This document shows, one piece after another, positions 10,655 to 21,176 of a DNA stretch of 57,211 nucleotides. Each line of letters opens with the position of its first letter. Position 1 is the stretch's first letter. Origin of the DNA: an uncultured Clostridia bacterium (GTDB taxonomy: Bacteria > Bacillota > Clostridia > TANB77 > CAG-508); assembly GCA_944393325.1 (NCBI GenBank), contig CALXZU010000005.1:1-57211 (forward strand), in the 5' to 3' direction. The position numbers and the translations under genes were made by a program. The notes under the pieces are model-generated. The model saw only the letters and a list, made by a program, of their open reading frames with translations. It had not been told where the DNA came from and did no database searches.

Positions 10655-10946
10655 ATTAGAAAAAATTAGTGAAAAAGTAAAGCCAGTAGCTAAAAAATAT
10701 AATCTAATGTACATATGGGTATTTGGTTCTTATGCTAAGAAAAAGCAAAAAAAGAATAGTGATATAGATATTATAGTTAGAACAGAAGATGTATCAGAGG
10801 GATTTAAGATAGTAGAAGTAAAATTCGCATTAGAAGAAGCATTAGAAAAAGAGATAGATATTATAACAACTGGAAGTATAGAAGGCTCTTTATTAGAAGG
10901 AGAAGATTTAGAAGAAGTATTAGTATATGATGGAACAAAAAATTAA
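10647..10946 (+). CDS. MntA-like minimal nucleotidyltransferase antitoxin
   Basis: VFGSYA...SDIDI motif; overlaps the HEPN gene; AGGAG before ATG 10647. Confidence 0.88.
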   Translation: MSELEKISEKVKPVAKKYNLMYIWVFGSYAKKKQKKNSDIDIIVRTEDVSEGFKIVEVKFALEEALEKEIDIITTGSIEGSLLEGEDLEEVLVYDGTKN

Positions 10947-11240
10947 ATTCAAAAAGAAGAAATGGCATATTATAGAATAAAAACAAAGAATAAATTACGA
11001 ATATCGGAAAATAAATTATTAATTGAAATAAAATGTTTTCGAAAATAATATAAAGTAAATATAGCTTTATATTATTTTTTTCATGCAATTTTTATGCAAT
11101 GTGATAATGTTTTTGATTTTATTTTGAGTTTTGTTAAATTTGCAAAAGATATATAAATTATGATAAAATGACATATGTATAACAAAGTTGATAGGAGGTT
11201 TTATTAGAGCTAAACTATAGGAAGAAAAAAGACATATCAG

Positions 11241-11858
11241 TTGGAGGTTATGGTGAATTCTTTTGAAATGCTATCAGCAGAGCAAGCAATTAGAAAGATT
11301 AAGGAAAATAAAGAAGGATTGGATGCAGGAGCAATTCAAATAGATGAAATAAATCTATCTATCCTTTCAGAACTTACACGTTGGAATATGGATTTTTCCC
11401 AAAGGCAAAAGTTTTTAAAAAACAAGAAGCCAGAATTGATTTTGAAAACTATGTTTTTTGGTTTGACAGCTGAAGCATGGAAAAATCTTACAGAAGCAGA
11501 TTGGGAGCTTGAGTATCGAGGTTTTGATTATCAACTTATTTTTCCGGTACATGTAAAAGATGAAAATGTTTGCCAAGGAGAAATTATTACACCTCAAGCT
11601 GTTTTAAGGCAGGTACATTATTTATTACAAGAACCAATAGATTTAGAAAAAGAAGCACTTGATTTTTGCTTACTTTCTACTTTGAAAAATTTGAGATTTA
11701 GGATTTCTCCTAAAATACCTATTTATGTTTATTATTTTCCTAACCTTTTAACTCCGGCATTTTCAAAATTACAAGAATTAGGTTGGGAAGTAATAGTTAT
11801 GGATGATGGAACTGGAATAGAGCTTAGATTTCTTTCAGATTTGATAAAAACCTTCTGA
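11241..11858 (+). CDS. Hypothetical protein
   Basis: 205-aa open frame; GGAGG precedes internal ATG/GTG starts near 11250-11253; no recognised motif. Confidence 0.65.
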   Translation: MEVMVNSFEMLSAEQAIRKIKENKEGLDAGAIQIDEINLSILSELTRWNMDFSQRQKFLKNKKPELILKTMFFGLTAEAWKNLTEADWELEYRGFDYQLIFPVHVKDENVCQGEIITPQAVLRQVHYLLQEPIDLEKEALDFCLLSTLKNLRFRISPKIPIYVYYFPNLLTPAFSKLQELGWEVIVMDDGTGIELRFLSDLIKTF

Positions 11859-12070
11859 TAACACTTGCTAAGTAAAGTGTTTAAAAGCATTATATGTGAG
11901 AATTTTGAGTAAAATCATAATTCTCACATTAATTATTTTTAAAAGAAAAAACAAAAAATATATTACAAAAATATTATATTTATATTAAATTTTTAATACA
12001 ATTTGAAAAAAATCATGAAATAAGCTATAATAGATATAAAGAATAAATACTGCAGGAAGGAGGAACTAAT

Positions 12071-12859
12071 ATGAGAGAAACTAATATGAAATTAAAAACG
12101 ATAATAGGTGCAATATTAATTTTTTTCATAATACTTTCTTTTGAAAGTTTTACTTATGCTGCTACATCTGGATTAGAAACAGTTGTAGAAGTTGATAAAA
12201 GTGATTCAGATGAAGAAAAGATGGATTATAATATAGCGGAAATACAAGTATATATGGAAAAATATTATAAAGACTCAAGTGTTAAAATAGAAGAATCAAG
12301 TGAAGTTATAGACAGCTGGATGAAAAAGCTTGAAGATTTTGGAGTAAATGAAACTACAGTTGGAGAATTGGGAGAATATGGAGACATATATAGACATTTA
12401 AAAAATCATGAAGGAAGTGAAGGCAGTCCTAGTGACATAATAGATGATGCAGAAGAAAAGGCAGAAGAGTTGCAAGAAGAAATGAGAACAGGAGACTCAG
12501 ATCACCCAATATATCAACAACCAAGAAGAAACACTAATGCACAAAATGGAAGTTCTGCAAGTCTCGATGATATGATGAATGATGCAGATGATTTCGTAAA
12601 TTCATCAGGAGGAACAATACAATATAAAGAGTCTGCATTGCAAGAATTTTCTAATAATTTTTACAATATAATGCTTTCAGTAGGTGTAGCAGTAGCTGTA
12701 ATAATGGGAGGAATATTAGGAATTAAATTTATGGCATCAAGTGTAGAAGAAAGAGCAACAACTAAGAAAACCCTAATTGCGTATGCAGTAGGTTGTGTAG
12801 TTGTATTTGGAGGTTTTGCGATATGGAAACTAGTAGTAACTATTTTACAAGGAATGTAA
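12071..12859 (+). CDS. Signal-peptide protein with C-terminal TrbC/VirB2-like pilin hairpin (pilin 1)
   Basis: N-terminal signal ending TYA, acidic linker, then two TM helices joined by GIKFMASSVEERATTKKTL. Promoter TTGAAA-17-TATAAT at 12003..12031. Confidence 0.75.
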   Translation: MRETNMKLKTIIGAILIFFIILSFESFTYAATSGLETVVEVDKSDSDEEKMDYNIAEIQVYMEKYYKDSSVKIEESSEVIDSWMKKLEDFGVNETTVGELGEYGDIYRHLKNHEGSEGSPSDIIDDAEEKAEELQEEMRTGDSDHPIYQQPRRNTNAQNGSSASLDDMMNDADDFVNSSGGTIQYKESALQEFSNNFYNIMLSVGVAVAVIMGGILGIKFMASSVEERATTKKTLIAYAVGCVVVFGGFAIWKLVVTILQGM

Positions 12860-13249
12860 TTATAAAAATTATTTTTTGCATAATAATTTTTGCATTAATT
12901 TGTTCTGCTACAACTACAAATTATGCAAGAGTGGATTCTCGGAGGAGGAGTACAAAGTAGTAGTGGAACTTCTGGATTAGGGGATTTAAACAGTTATGCA
13001 CAAAATCCTCAAGGTTCGACCAGAGTTAATGAAATAGCAGGAATAATTGTTGGAGCAATAAGAATTATAGGTACGGTATTATCAGTTGTTATATTAGTAG
13101 CAATAGGAATAAAATTCATGATGGGAAGTGCAGAAGAAAAAGCAGACTATAAAGAGTCTCTAAAACCATATATAATTGGTGCATTCCTATTATTTACAGG
13201 TAGTTTAATACCACAACTTATATATACTTTATCACAAAATTTAAATTAA
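12823..13249 (+). CDS. TrbC/VirB2-like pilin 2; needs +1 shift at CGG 12940
   Basis: GGAGG(12809) + ATG 12823 gives signal peptide METSSNYFTRNVIIKIIFCIIIFALICSATTTNYARVDS. Skipping C12940 joins GGGVQSS... of ORF 12923..13249 (GIKFMMGSAEEKADYKESL). Confidence 0.8.
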
Positions 13250-13368
13250 AAAGTTTAGACTATTGAAAAAATAAGAAAACAATGTTATAATTAATATGAT
13301 ATTGTCGATAATAGTGTTTTTAAAGTTTTTAGACTTATGATAAATAAAAAGTAAAGGAGGAAAAGGAT

Positions 13369-13728
13369 ATGAGTAAAAAAATGGTAAAAATACTTACAAC
13401 ATTGGTAATGGTAATTATGATAGTAACTGTTGCAATATCTTCATTTGCACTTTCACCAGGTGAAATACAAGCAAATACAACAGTAAATGGTACAACAGAA
13501 ATACAAACAGTTGGTGAAAGTATAGTAGGTATATTACAAACAGTTGGTGTAGTATTATCAGTTATAGTATTAATTGTTTTAGGTATTAAATACATGATGG
13601 GAAGTGCAGAAGAAAAAGCAGAATACAAAAAGACTTTTATACCTTACGTAGTAGGTGCAGCACTTATATTTGCAGCATCAGCATTTGCACAAGTTATTTA
13701 CCAATTCTTCACAGGTGTACAATCATAA
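13369..13728 (+). CDS. TrbC/VirB2-like pilin 3 (probable major pilin)
   Basis: Signal peptide plus two TM helices with GIKYMMGSAEEKAEYKKT. It has its own promoter (TTGAAA 13263-17-TATAAT with TG extension), AAGGAGG RBS and terminator. Confidence 0.82.
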   Translation: MSKKMVKILTTLVMVIMIVTVAISSFALSPGEIQANTTVNGTTEIQTVGESIVGILQTVGVVLSVIVLIVLGIKYMMGSAEEKAEYKKTFIPYVVGAALIFAASAFAQVIYQFFTGVQS

Positions 13729-13751
13729 TATTAGAAAATAAAGAAAAAATG

Positions 13752-13791
13752 AAAAAGAGCATGTGTTTTTTGTAAATACATGTTCTTTTTT
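13752..13791 (+). terminator. Rho-independent terminator after pilin 3
   Basis: AAAAAGAGCATGT...ACATGTTCTTTTTT hairpin. Confidence 0.7.
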
Positions 13792-13846
13792 AGCAAATAA
13801 AAATGAGAAAAATTTTTTATTAAATCTGTGAAAAACATAAGTTTTT

Positions 13847-13874
13847 ATTACATTAACATTACAAAGGTGTTACA
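13847..13874 (-). promoter_or_regulatory. Three 11-bp-period direct repeats matching TGTWAH-N5-TGTWAH (WalR/OmpR-type box)
   Basis: ATTACA 13847, ATTACA 13858, GTTACA 13869; upstream of the prgI promoter (TATAAT 13942). Confidence 0.45.
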
Positions 13875-13992
13875 AAAACATTAAAAATACAAAAAAATGA
13901 AAAAAATTGTATAAAAACGTTACAAATTGCTGATTTTTTGTTATAATTATAAATAAGTGGAAGTGTATTTTATAACAAAGGAGGAAATGCAT

Positions 13993-14358
13993 GTGGCAAC
14001 TTATAATTTACCAAGAGATGTAAAAGGAGAAGGAAGGATATTATTTGTTTTTTCAACAAAAGCATTAATATATACGGCAATAGGAGTAGCTGTTGGATTG
14101 CCTTTTTATTTAATATTTTCAGCTATAGGGATTTCTGTAGTAGGAATAATTGCAATTGTTTTGCTAGGATTAGTTGGTTTTTCAATTGCAACATTCAAAA
14201 TGCCTACAACGAATGCATTTGAAATAACTAAAAAAACAGGAGGAGAAAACATAGATGATGTAATAAGAAGAGGAATAAAGTTTAAAATGCAAAAAAACAG
14301 AATTTATGTATACGAACCAGACACTGAAGAAAAAGGAGGGAATAAAGGTGACAAATAA
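13993..14358 (+). CDS. PrgI/VirB3-like two-TM protein
   Basis: YNLPRDVKGEGRILFVFSTK resembles the PrgI N-terminus; two TM helices; AAGGAGG before GTG 13993; upstream of VirB4. Confidence 0.75.
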   Translation: MATYNLPRDVKGEGRILFVFSTKALIYTAIGVAVGLPFYLIFSAIGISVVGIIAIVLLGLVGFSIATFKMPTTNAFEITKKTGGENIDDVIRRGIKFKMQKNRIYVYEPDTEEKGGNKGDK

Positions 14359-15583
14359 TGAAATTTCGCAAGTTTTAGGAATCGTTTTAGGAGTTATGGT
14401 ATTTATATTATTTGTTTTACTAGCTATATTTATATTTTTAAAATTAAAAAGTGGTAATAGTAGTAAAAGAACAAATGATGATATGATAATATCTGACAGT
14501 AGTAAAAAAGGAAAAAAAGAGAATTTAAAGACTCCAACAGTAAATAACATGTATACTAAAAAGTCAATAATGGATTTTATGGAATTTGATAAAATAGAGG
14601 ACAATATGATAGTTCAGAAAAAAGGAAGAAGGTTTTTAATGGTTGTAGAATGTCAAGGAATAAATTATGATTTAATGTCACAACCAGAAAAAATTGCAGT
14701 AGAGGAAGGATTTCAACAATTTTTGAATACTTTGAGACATCCTATACAAATTTATATTCAAACGAGAACAATAAACCTTGGAAAAAGTATTGATGGTTAT
14801 AAATCTAAAGTAAAATTAGTAGAAGATAAATATAATCAAATGTTACTTAGATACAATCAAATGCGAGCATCAGAGACATATAATCAAAACGATTTAGATA
14901 GAGAATTTTATGAATTAACAAAACAAAAAAATCTATTAGAATATGGAAAAGATTTAATAAATAATACGGAAAAAATGAGTTTGAATAAAAACATATTGAA
15001 TAAAAATTATTATATAATAGTTCCATATTTTCCAGAAGAATCTGAAGATAGTCATTATGATTATGAAGAAATTAAAAATATGGCATTTTCAGAGTTATAT
15101 ACTAAGTCACAATCAATTATAAGGACATTAACAGCATCTTCCATAACAGGAAAAATATTATCATCAGAAGAATTAGTGGAATTATTATATGTAGCATATA
15201 ACAGAGATGAGTCAGAAACATTTGGAATAGAAAAAGCAATAAGAGCTGGATATGATGAATTATATTCAACAGCACCGGATGTATATGAGAAAAAAATAAA
15301 AGCATTGGATGAAATAGTAAATCAAAAAGCAATAGAACTAGCAAATGAAACAATAGATAAGGTAAAATCAAGACCTCAACAAATAGCAGAGGAAAGAGAA
15401 AATAGTATGGAAGAATTAATAAGCAAAATGGCTCAAATGGTATTAGATCAAAATAGAGAATATATAGGAGGAGATGTTGCACAAAAAGCTATAGAGGAAA
15501 TACAAAAAGAAGAGAAAGGAGAGAAAACCGATGAGAAAGTCAAAGAAAAAGCAACTAGAGGAAGAAAGAGAAAGACAGTATAG
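14348..15583 (+). CDS. Membrane-anchored T4SS-associated protein (VirB4 N-terminal-partner-like)
   Basis: GTG 14348 after AAGGAGG; one N-terminal TM helix; GINYDLMS...QQFLNTLRHPIQIYIQTR resembles proteins found between PrgI and VirB4. Confidence 0.65.
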   Translation: MTNNEISQVLGIVLGVMVFILFVLLAIFIFLKLKSGNSSKRTNDDMIISDSSKKGKKENLKTPTVNNMYTKKSIMDFMEFDKIEDNMIVQKKGRRFLMVVECQGINYDLMSQPEKIAVEEGFQQFLNTLRHPIQIYIQTRTINLGKSIDGYKSKVKLVEDKYNQMLLRYNQMRASETYNQNDLDREFYELTKQKNLLEYGKDLINNTEKMSLNKNILNKNYYIIVPYFPEESEDSHYDYEEIKNMAFSELYTKSQSIIRTLTASSITGKILSSEELVELLYVAYNRDESETFGIEKAIRAGYDELYSTAPDVYEKKIKALDEIVNQKAIELANETIDKVKSRPQQIAEERENSMEELISKMAQMVLDQNREYIGGDVAQKAIEEIQKEEKGEKTDEKVKEKATRGRKRKTV

Positions 15584-17501
15584 AAATAATGAAGAAACTG
15601 CTTTTTTAAGAGCAAAGACAATAAAAGAATTAATAGCACCATCAGGAATTGACGCTTCAAAAATAGATCATTTAGAGATAATTTCTAATGTAAAAAGATA
15701 TGCGAGAAGTTTCTTTATTTCAACATTACCACGTATGTGTACTTTTCCAGAATTATTTAGGGATTTATACTTTTTTGGAGATATAAATACATCTATATAT
15801 ATTACTCCGATTTCTGAGGCGAGATCTCAAAACGAATTAAATAAAGTAATAAATGAGCTTGAAACAGAGAGAATTGTTGCAGCAGACAGAGGAAATATAA
15901 ATAGAGAAAGTACATTAACACAAAAAAGATTTGAAGCAGAACAACTACGTGATGAAATAGCAGCGGGATTTAACAAAATGTACGAAGCATCAATAATATC
16001 AACATTGTTTGCTTATAACTTAGAAGATTTAGATGCATTAACTAAAATGTTATCAGCTGAAATGTCAAAATCTTTAGTTGGAGTAAAAAGTGCTTGGGCA
16101 ATGCAAGAAGAAGCATTCCAGTCAAGTTTACCATTAATGCAAGATAAATTAAAAAGATCACATTCTTTTGACAGTAGATCAATGGGAACAGTTTTCCCAT
16201 TTACTACATCAGAAGTTGGACACTCATCAGGAGTACCATTAGGATTTAATAAGCAAACAGGAACGCCAATACTCTTTGATAATTTCCACCCATCATTAAC
16301 AAACTACAATATGGTTATATTTGCTAAATCAGGTGCTGGTAAGTCAGTAACAATGAAAACATTAATATCAAGATCATCAGTTCTTATGGGAATTGAAAGT
16401 TTAGCTTTAGATGCTGAAGGTGAATATTCAATAGTTGCAGAAAGTTTAGGTGGCGTAAATGTAGTGCTAAGTCCAAATTCAAGTACAGTAATAAACCTAT
16501 TTGATATAGAGCCAGAAACAGTAAAAGATGCAATAACTGGAAGAGAAAGAAAACTTATTAATGTTGAAAATAAAGTAGAAGACGTAACACAAGCATTAGT
16601 TACAATGGCAAAAGGTAGTACAAGAAGTGATGAAGTAAATGAATTAACAAAACAATTGATAGCAGAAACAGTAGCTGAAGAGTATGCGGCTATAGGAATT
16701 ACAAGTAATCCTACAAGTATATATAAATCAGGAAACAATTTTCAAACAGGAGATAAATTATATAAAGATAAAAAAGACATGCCTACAATAGGAAGTTGGT
16801 ATAGAAGACTACAAAATAAAGCGGCAGAAAATAAAAATTCAGATTACCAATTTCATTATAGCTATTTATTAAAAGTTATGAAACAATACATAAGAGAGTA
16901 TAATGGACAAATGGCATATTTTGATGGACAATCTACATTTGAATTATTAGATGATGTACCATTTATAAATTTGGACATTTCTCAATTAGAGGAACGTTTT
17001 GCAAGACCACTTGCTCAACAGATTTTATTATCATGGATTTGGGAAAAATATGTAAAGAAAAATAGTGAGGATAGAACAAAAGCAAAAAAGAAAAGAGTAC
17101 TTGTAGATGAAGCATGGATGTTATTACCTTATCCAGAAGCAGTTGACTTTTTAAATACTATGGCAAGACGTGCAAGAAAAAGAAATGTATCACTTGCAAT
17201 TGTGTCACAAAGATTCCAAGATTTTTATGAGAAACCAGAGGCACAGGCTGTATTGACGTCATCTGATACAAAATTATTTTTAGCACAAGATAAATCAGAA
17301 ATAGAATACTTAAAGTCAGTATTTAAATTGAGTAATGGGGAAGCAAATTTCTTAATTACATGTTTAAAAGGAGAGGGATTATTGAAAGTTGGATCAGATA
17401 CAGCTATTTTACAAATAACACCTACTGCAAAAGAATTTGAATTTGTAGAAACAAACTTAAATAATATAGTAAAACAAAGAAAGAGAACAGGCAAAGTATA
17501 A
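15531..17501 (+). CDS. virB4: VirB4/TraC/ConE-like secretion ATPase
   Basis: Walker A FAKSGAGKS, LDAEGEY, Walker B VLVDEAW, ARRARKRN, VSQRFQDF, GEGLL. Confidence 0.9.
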   Translation: MRKSKKKQLEEERERQYRNNEETAFLRAKTIKELIAPSGIDASKIDHLEIISNVKRYARSFFISTLPRMCTFPELFRDLYFFGDINTSIYITPISEARSQNELNKVINELETERIVAADRGNINRESTLTQKRFEAEQLRDEIAAGFNKMYEASIISTLFAYNLEDLDALTKMLSAEMSKSLVGVKSAWAMQEEAFQSSLPLMQDKLKRSHSFDSRSMGTVFPFTTSEVGHSSGVPLGFNKQTGTPILFDNFHPSLTNYNMVIFAKSGAGKSVTMKTLISRSSVLMGIESLALDAEGEYSIVAESLGGVNVVLSPNSSTVINLFDIEPETVKDAITGRERKLINVENKVEDVTQALVTMAKGSTRSDEVNELTKQLIAETVAEEYAAIGITSNPTSIYKSGNNFQTGDKLYKDKKDMPTIGSWYRRLQNKAAENKNSDYQFHYSYLLKVMKQYIREYNGQMAYFDGQSTFELLDDVPFINLDISQLEERFARPLAQQILLSWIWEKYVKKNSEDRTKAKKKRVLVDEAWMLLPYPEAVDFLNTMARRARKRNVSLAIVSQRFQDFYEKPEAQAVLTSSDTKLFLAQDKSEIEYLKSVFKLSNGEANFLITCLKGEGLLKVGSDTAILQITPTAKEFEFVETNLNNIVKQRKRTGKV

Positions 17502-17518
17502 AGCACAAGGAGGCAAAA

Positions 17519-20222
17519 ATGAAAATAATTACTAAAAATACTCTCATAAAGAAAATAATAGTATCACTGTGTATTATTTTAGTGGTGTCATTTACAGTAC
17601 CAATAAAGTCGCATGGTTTTATTTGGGAAGATATAGGAGGAACATTACTAAAAGAACTTGTGAAACTTATAGCATCCATTGGAGATATTGGTATGGCAAC
17701 ACTGAATCAATTTATGCTTGGTACTGATGGATTCACATCAGCTCTGATAAGTAAGGATGATCGAAATTTAGATCCAGATAGTGGTTCATGGTTAAGTGAA
17801 AATTTGGATGATGCAGATACACCAAGAATAGAAATTAATGAAGATGAGGTTGACTTAACATTTTTAGGATTGGGAATAGGTGAATCTTATCAAATACCAA
17901 ATATGCTATTTTCACCAGAAAATATATTTGCAAATAATATTGCTGTTTTAGATATTAATTTCTTACATCCTAATCAATATACATCAGCAGTAGTAAGTGG
18001 CGATACTCAATATGAAGAGTCAGCAGAGGAAGCAAGTCAATCAGCAGCAAGTGATTTAAGAGAAGTAATTTCTTCATGGTATATTTCTTTTAGAAATATA
18101 GCAATAGTTGGACTTCTATCAGTATTAATATATTTAGGTATTAGAATAATGATAAGTTCTGCAGCTGATGATAAAGCAAAGTATAAAGAATCTTTAAAAA
18201 ACTGGGTAGTTGCTTTATGTTTAGTTTTTATAATACATTTTATAATGTCAGCAATATTAATGCTAACAGATAAAGCAACAGAACTTTTTTCTACAACTGT
18301 AAATGATGGATTTATAGTTGAAGTAAGTGATGGAAAAATGTTTAGAACAAATTTAATTGGACTTATAAGATTTCAAGCACAAAAAACGGAAGCTATGGAA
18401 GCAGCAGCATATACAATTATGTACATAGTATTAGTAGTATATACATTTAGATTTACATTTATATATTTTAAAAGGTTTTTATATACAGCATTTTTTACAA
18501 TGATTGCGCCATTAGTAGCATTAACATATCCAATAGATAAAGCAGGAGATGGAAAAGCTCAGGCATTTAATATGTGGATTAAAGAATATACAATGAATGT
18601 AATTATTCAGCCAGTACATTTAATACTTTATACTGTATTTGTTGGTTCAGCAATGGAATTAGTAGCAAAGAACCCGTTATATGCTATTGTAGCAATAGGA
18701 TTTTTAATACCAGCAGAGAAATTCATAAAGAAAATGTTCGGATTGGATAGAGCGGAATCAACAGGAGATTTTGGATCATTTGCAGGAGGAGCAGTTGCTA
18801 TGCAAGCATTAAATGCTGCTAGAGGACGTATTGGAAAGGGTTCAAAAAGTGGAAATTCAGGAGGAAATAGTAGCTCAAATGATAATAATGAAAAAACAAA
18901 AATTAGAACACCTAATAGACCAACATTAGGAAGTTTCCAAGGTGATTCACAAAATAGAGGAAGTAGTGAGCAAGAAACAGAAAGTGATACAACAAGAACG
19001 CAAGAATTACCACAAGCAGATAGTGATCTAAATGAAGAAGAAGAAATGAAACGTAAGGAAGATGCAATAAAAAAATATAATCAAGAAGGATTTGATCAAA
19101 ATGTATATGGAGAATACTTTAATCCATATACAGACGATTATGATCCAGATTATAAACCTTGGGAAGATACATCTTATAATGAGTTTGTAGCAAACGAAGG
19201 TACAGAAGTAGAAAACACAGCAGAACTACGGAAGAGAAGAGAATAATGCTGAAGAAGAAGAGCAAAATTTAAGAAGTTTAGAAAATAATGGATCTTTGGA
19301 AGAAAAGAAAGGATACGGAAAAAGACTTGCAATTAGAGGCGTTAAAGCGGCAGGAAAAGGATTTTTTAGAGGAGTAAGAAAAGTTGCTCCTGCAATACCA
19401 GGAGTAGTAGCAGGAGGAGTAGGAGCAGGATTAGGAGTAGCAATTGGAGTAGCAACTGGAAAACCATCAAATGCCTTTCAATATGCAGCAACAGGAGCAG
19501 GAATTGGAGCAGCAATAGGAACTGGAGTAACTGGTGCAGGTGTTAATCTTGCAAGTGGAGTTAGACAAGAAGTGCCAAAAAGGCTAGACCAAATGGCAAC
19601 CGCAATTGATGAAGAACGTTTTGGTAAAGAATATGCGAGAGAACAACAAATTGCAAGAGAGAATAGCAGAGCAAGAGCAAGATTTTTAAAAGATGAAAAA
19701 GAAAAAGAAAAGTATGAAGAAATGATGGGAAAATTAGGATACAAAGGTTCTCAAAAAGACTTTATGAATGCAGCATTTGATCTAAAAGAAGCAGGTGTTA
19801 CTAGCGATGATATGATAAAAAATGCACTTAAACTAGAAATGGAAAGAGATGACGGAGAAGTTGGTGGAAAATCACATGAAAATGTTATGGATGTAGCATC
19901 ATTTGCAGAAAAAAACGGATATACTAAAGATTATATTGAAGATACTAAGAAACGTCAATCTATGGAAGGCGTAGTACAAAGTATGATATCAAATACAGAT
20001 CAACAAAGAGCAGTTATGGAAACATTTGCAGGATTACATGGTAGAACAGAATTTTATAAAAAGCATTCTGGATTAACACAATCAAGTAATAGTCCAAATC
20101 AACAAAGTAATAGTAATGCGAATAATTCTGATCAACCAGAAATGACTCAAAGTAGAACACCAAGGACGACAAATACTCCAGGAAACACAGGCAGTGGAAG
20201 AGGCAGACCAAGAAATAGCTAA
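17519..20222 (+). CDS. VirB6/TrbL-like polytopic membrane protein with long hydrophilic tail; needs +1 shift at CGG 19229
   Basis: Multiple TM helices with KRFLYTAFFTMIAPLVALTYP and QAFNMWIKEY. After AEL-CGG the frame stops at 19246; skipping C19229 reads GREENNAEE... without a stop into ORF 19296..20222 (glycine-zipper region). Confidence 0.78.
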
Positions 20223-20236
20223 AAAGGAGAGAAAAT

Positions 20237-21158
20237 ATGCATAGATATATACAATTTTATTATCAGAATAGATTAAAAATATGGACTATAACTTTAGCGA
20301 TAGTATTTGTAATAGTACTAATTCAAGTATTAAATGGTTTTGCAAAAGAAGAAAATAATAAAGATAACGAAAAGGAAGGGACAACACGGAAGTGCTGTTC
20401 CTTATACTAATGAAAGTACAAGTATTTCTTCAGGGGGAGAAGTTAGTGATGTATTCAAAGAACAATTTGGAAATATATTAGATGAATTCCTTACATATTG
20501 TACAGAACATAACCCTGTTGCGGCTTATAATTTATTATCATCAGATTGTAAGAATTTAATGTATCAATCTGAAGAAATATTTGAGAGTTCTTATTATAGA
20601 GAAAAATTTGAAGGAAATAAATCATATGATTTTCAGTCATGGTCAACTAATGATGAAAAGTATGTATATCTTGTGCGAATTTTTGATAATCCATTGGCAA
20701 CAGGTGTAGGAAGTAATTCAAAATATGTTGAAGAATACATAACAATAGTCCCAGAAGAAGATTTATTCAAAATTAATATAAATAATTATATATACAGAGA
20801 AGATATTTATAAAGAAGCAAGTAATGATTTGATAACAGCTAAGGTTACAGTAGTGGATAATTATATGGAAGAAAAGGTTTATAGTATTAATTTGAAAAAT
20901 AATACGGAAGATACAATAATATTAGATACAAGACAAAATCCAAATAGTACATATTTGGTTGATGAAAACGGAAATAATATATATGCTCTTTTGTATGAAA
21001 ATAATGAAACAGACTTGATTTTAGAACCAAAAGAAGCAAAAACAATTCAGATAAAATTTAATGCAACATATAGAAATGGCTTAGAAATGGAGAGGCTTGA
21101 ATTTACTAATATAGAAAAGGAAATTGGTGAAAGTAGTATGTTAAGTATTGAGTTGTAA
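20237..21158 (+). CDS. Bitopic membrane protein of the T4SS-like operon (VirB8/NTF2-like, inferred); needs +1 shift at CGG 20387
   Basis: AAGGAG + ATG 20237 gives MHRYIQFYYQNRLKIW-TM-...EGTT. Skipping C20387 joins GSAVPYTNES of ORF 20334..21158. Confidence 0.78.
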
Positions 21159-21176
21159 AAGAAAAGAGGTGAGAGA

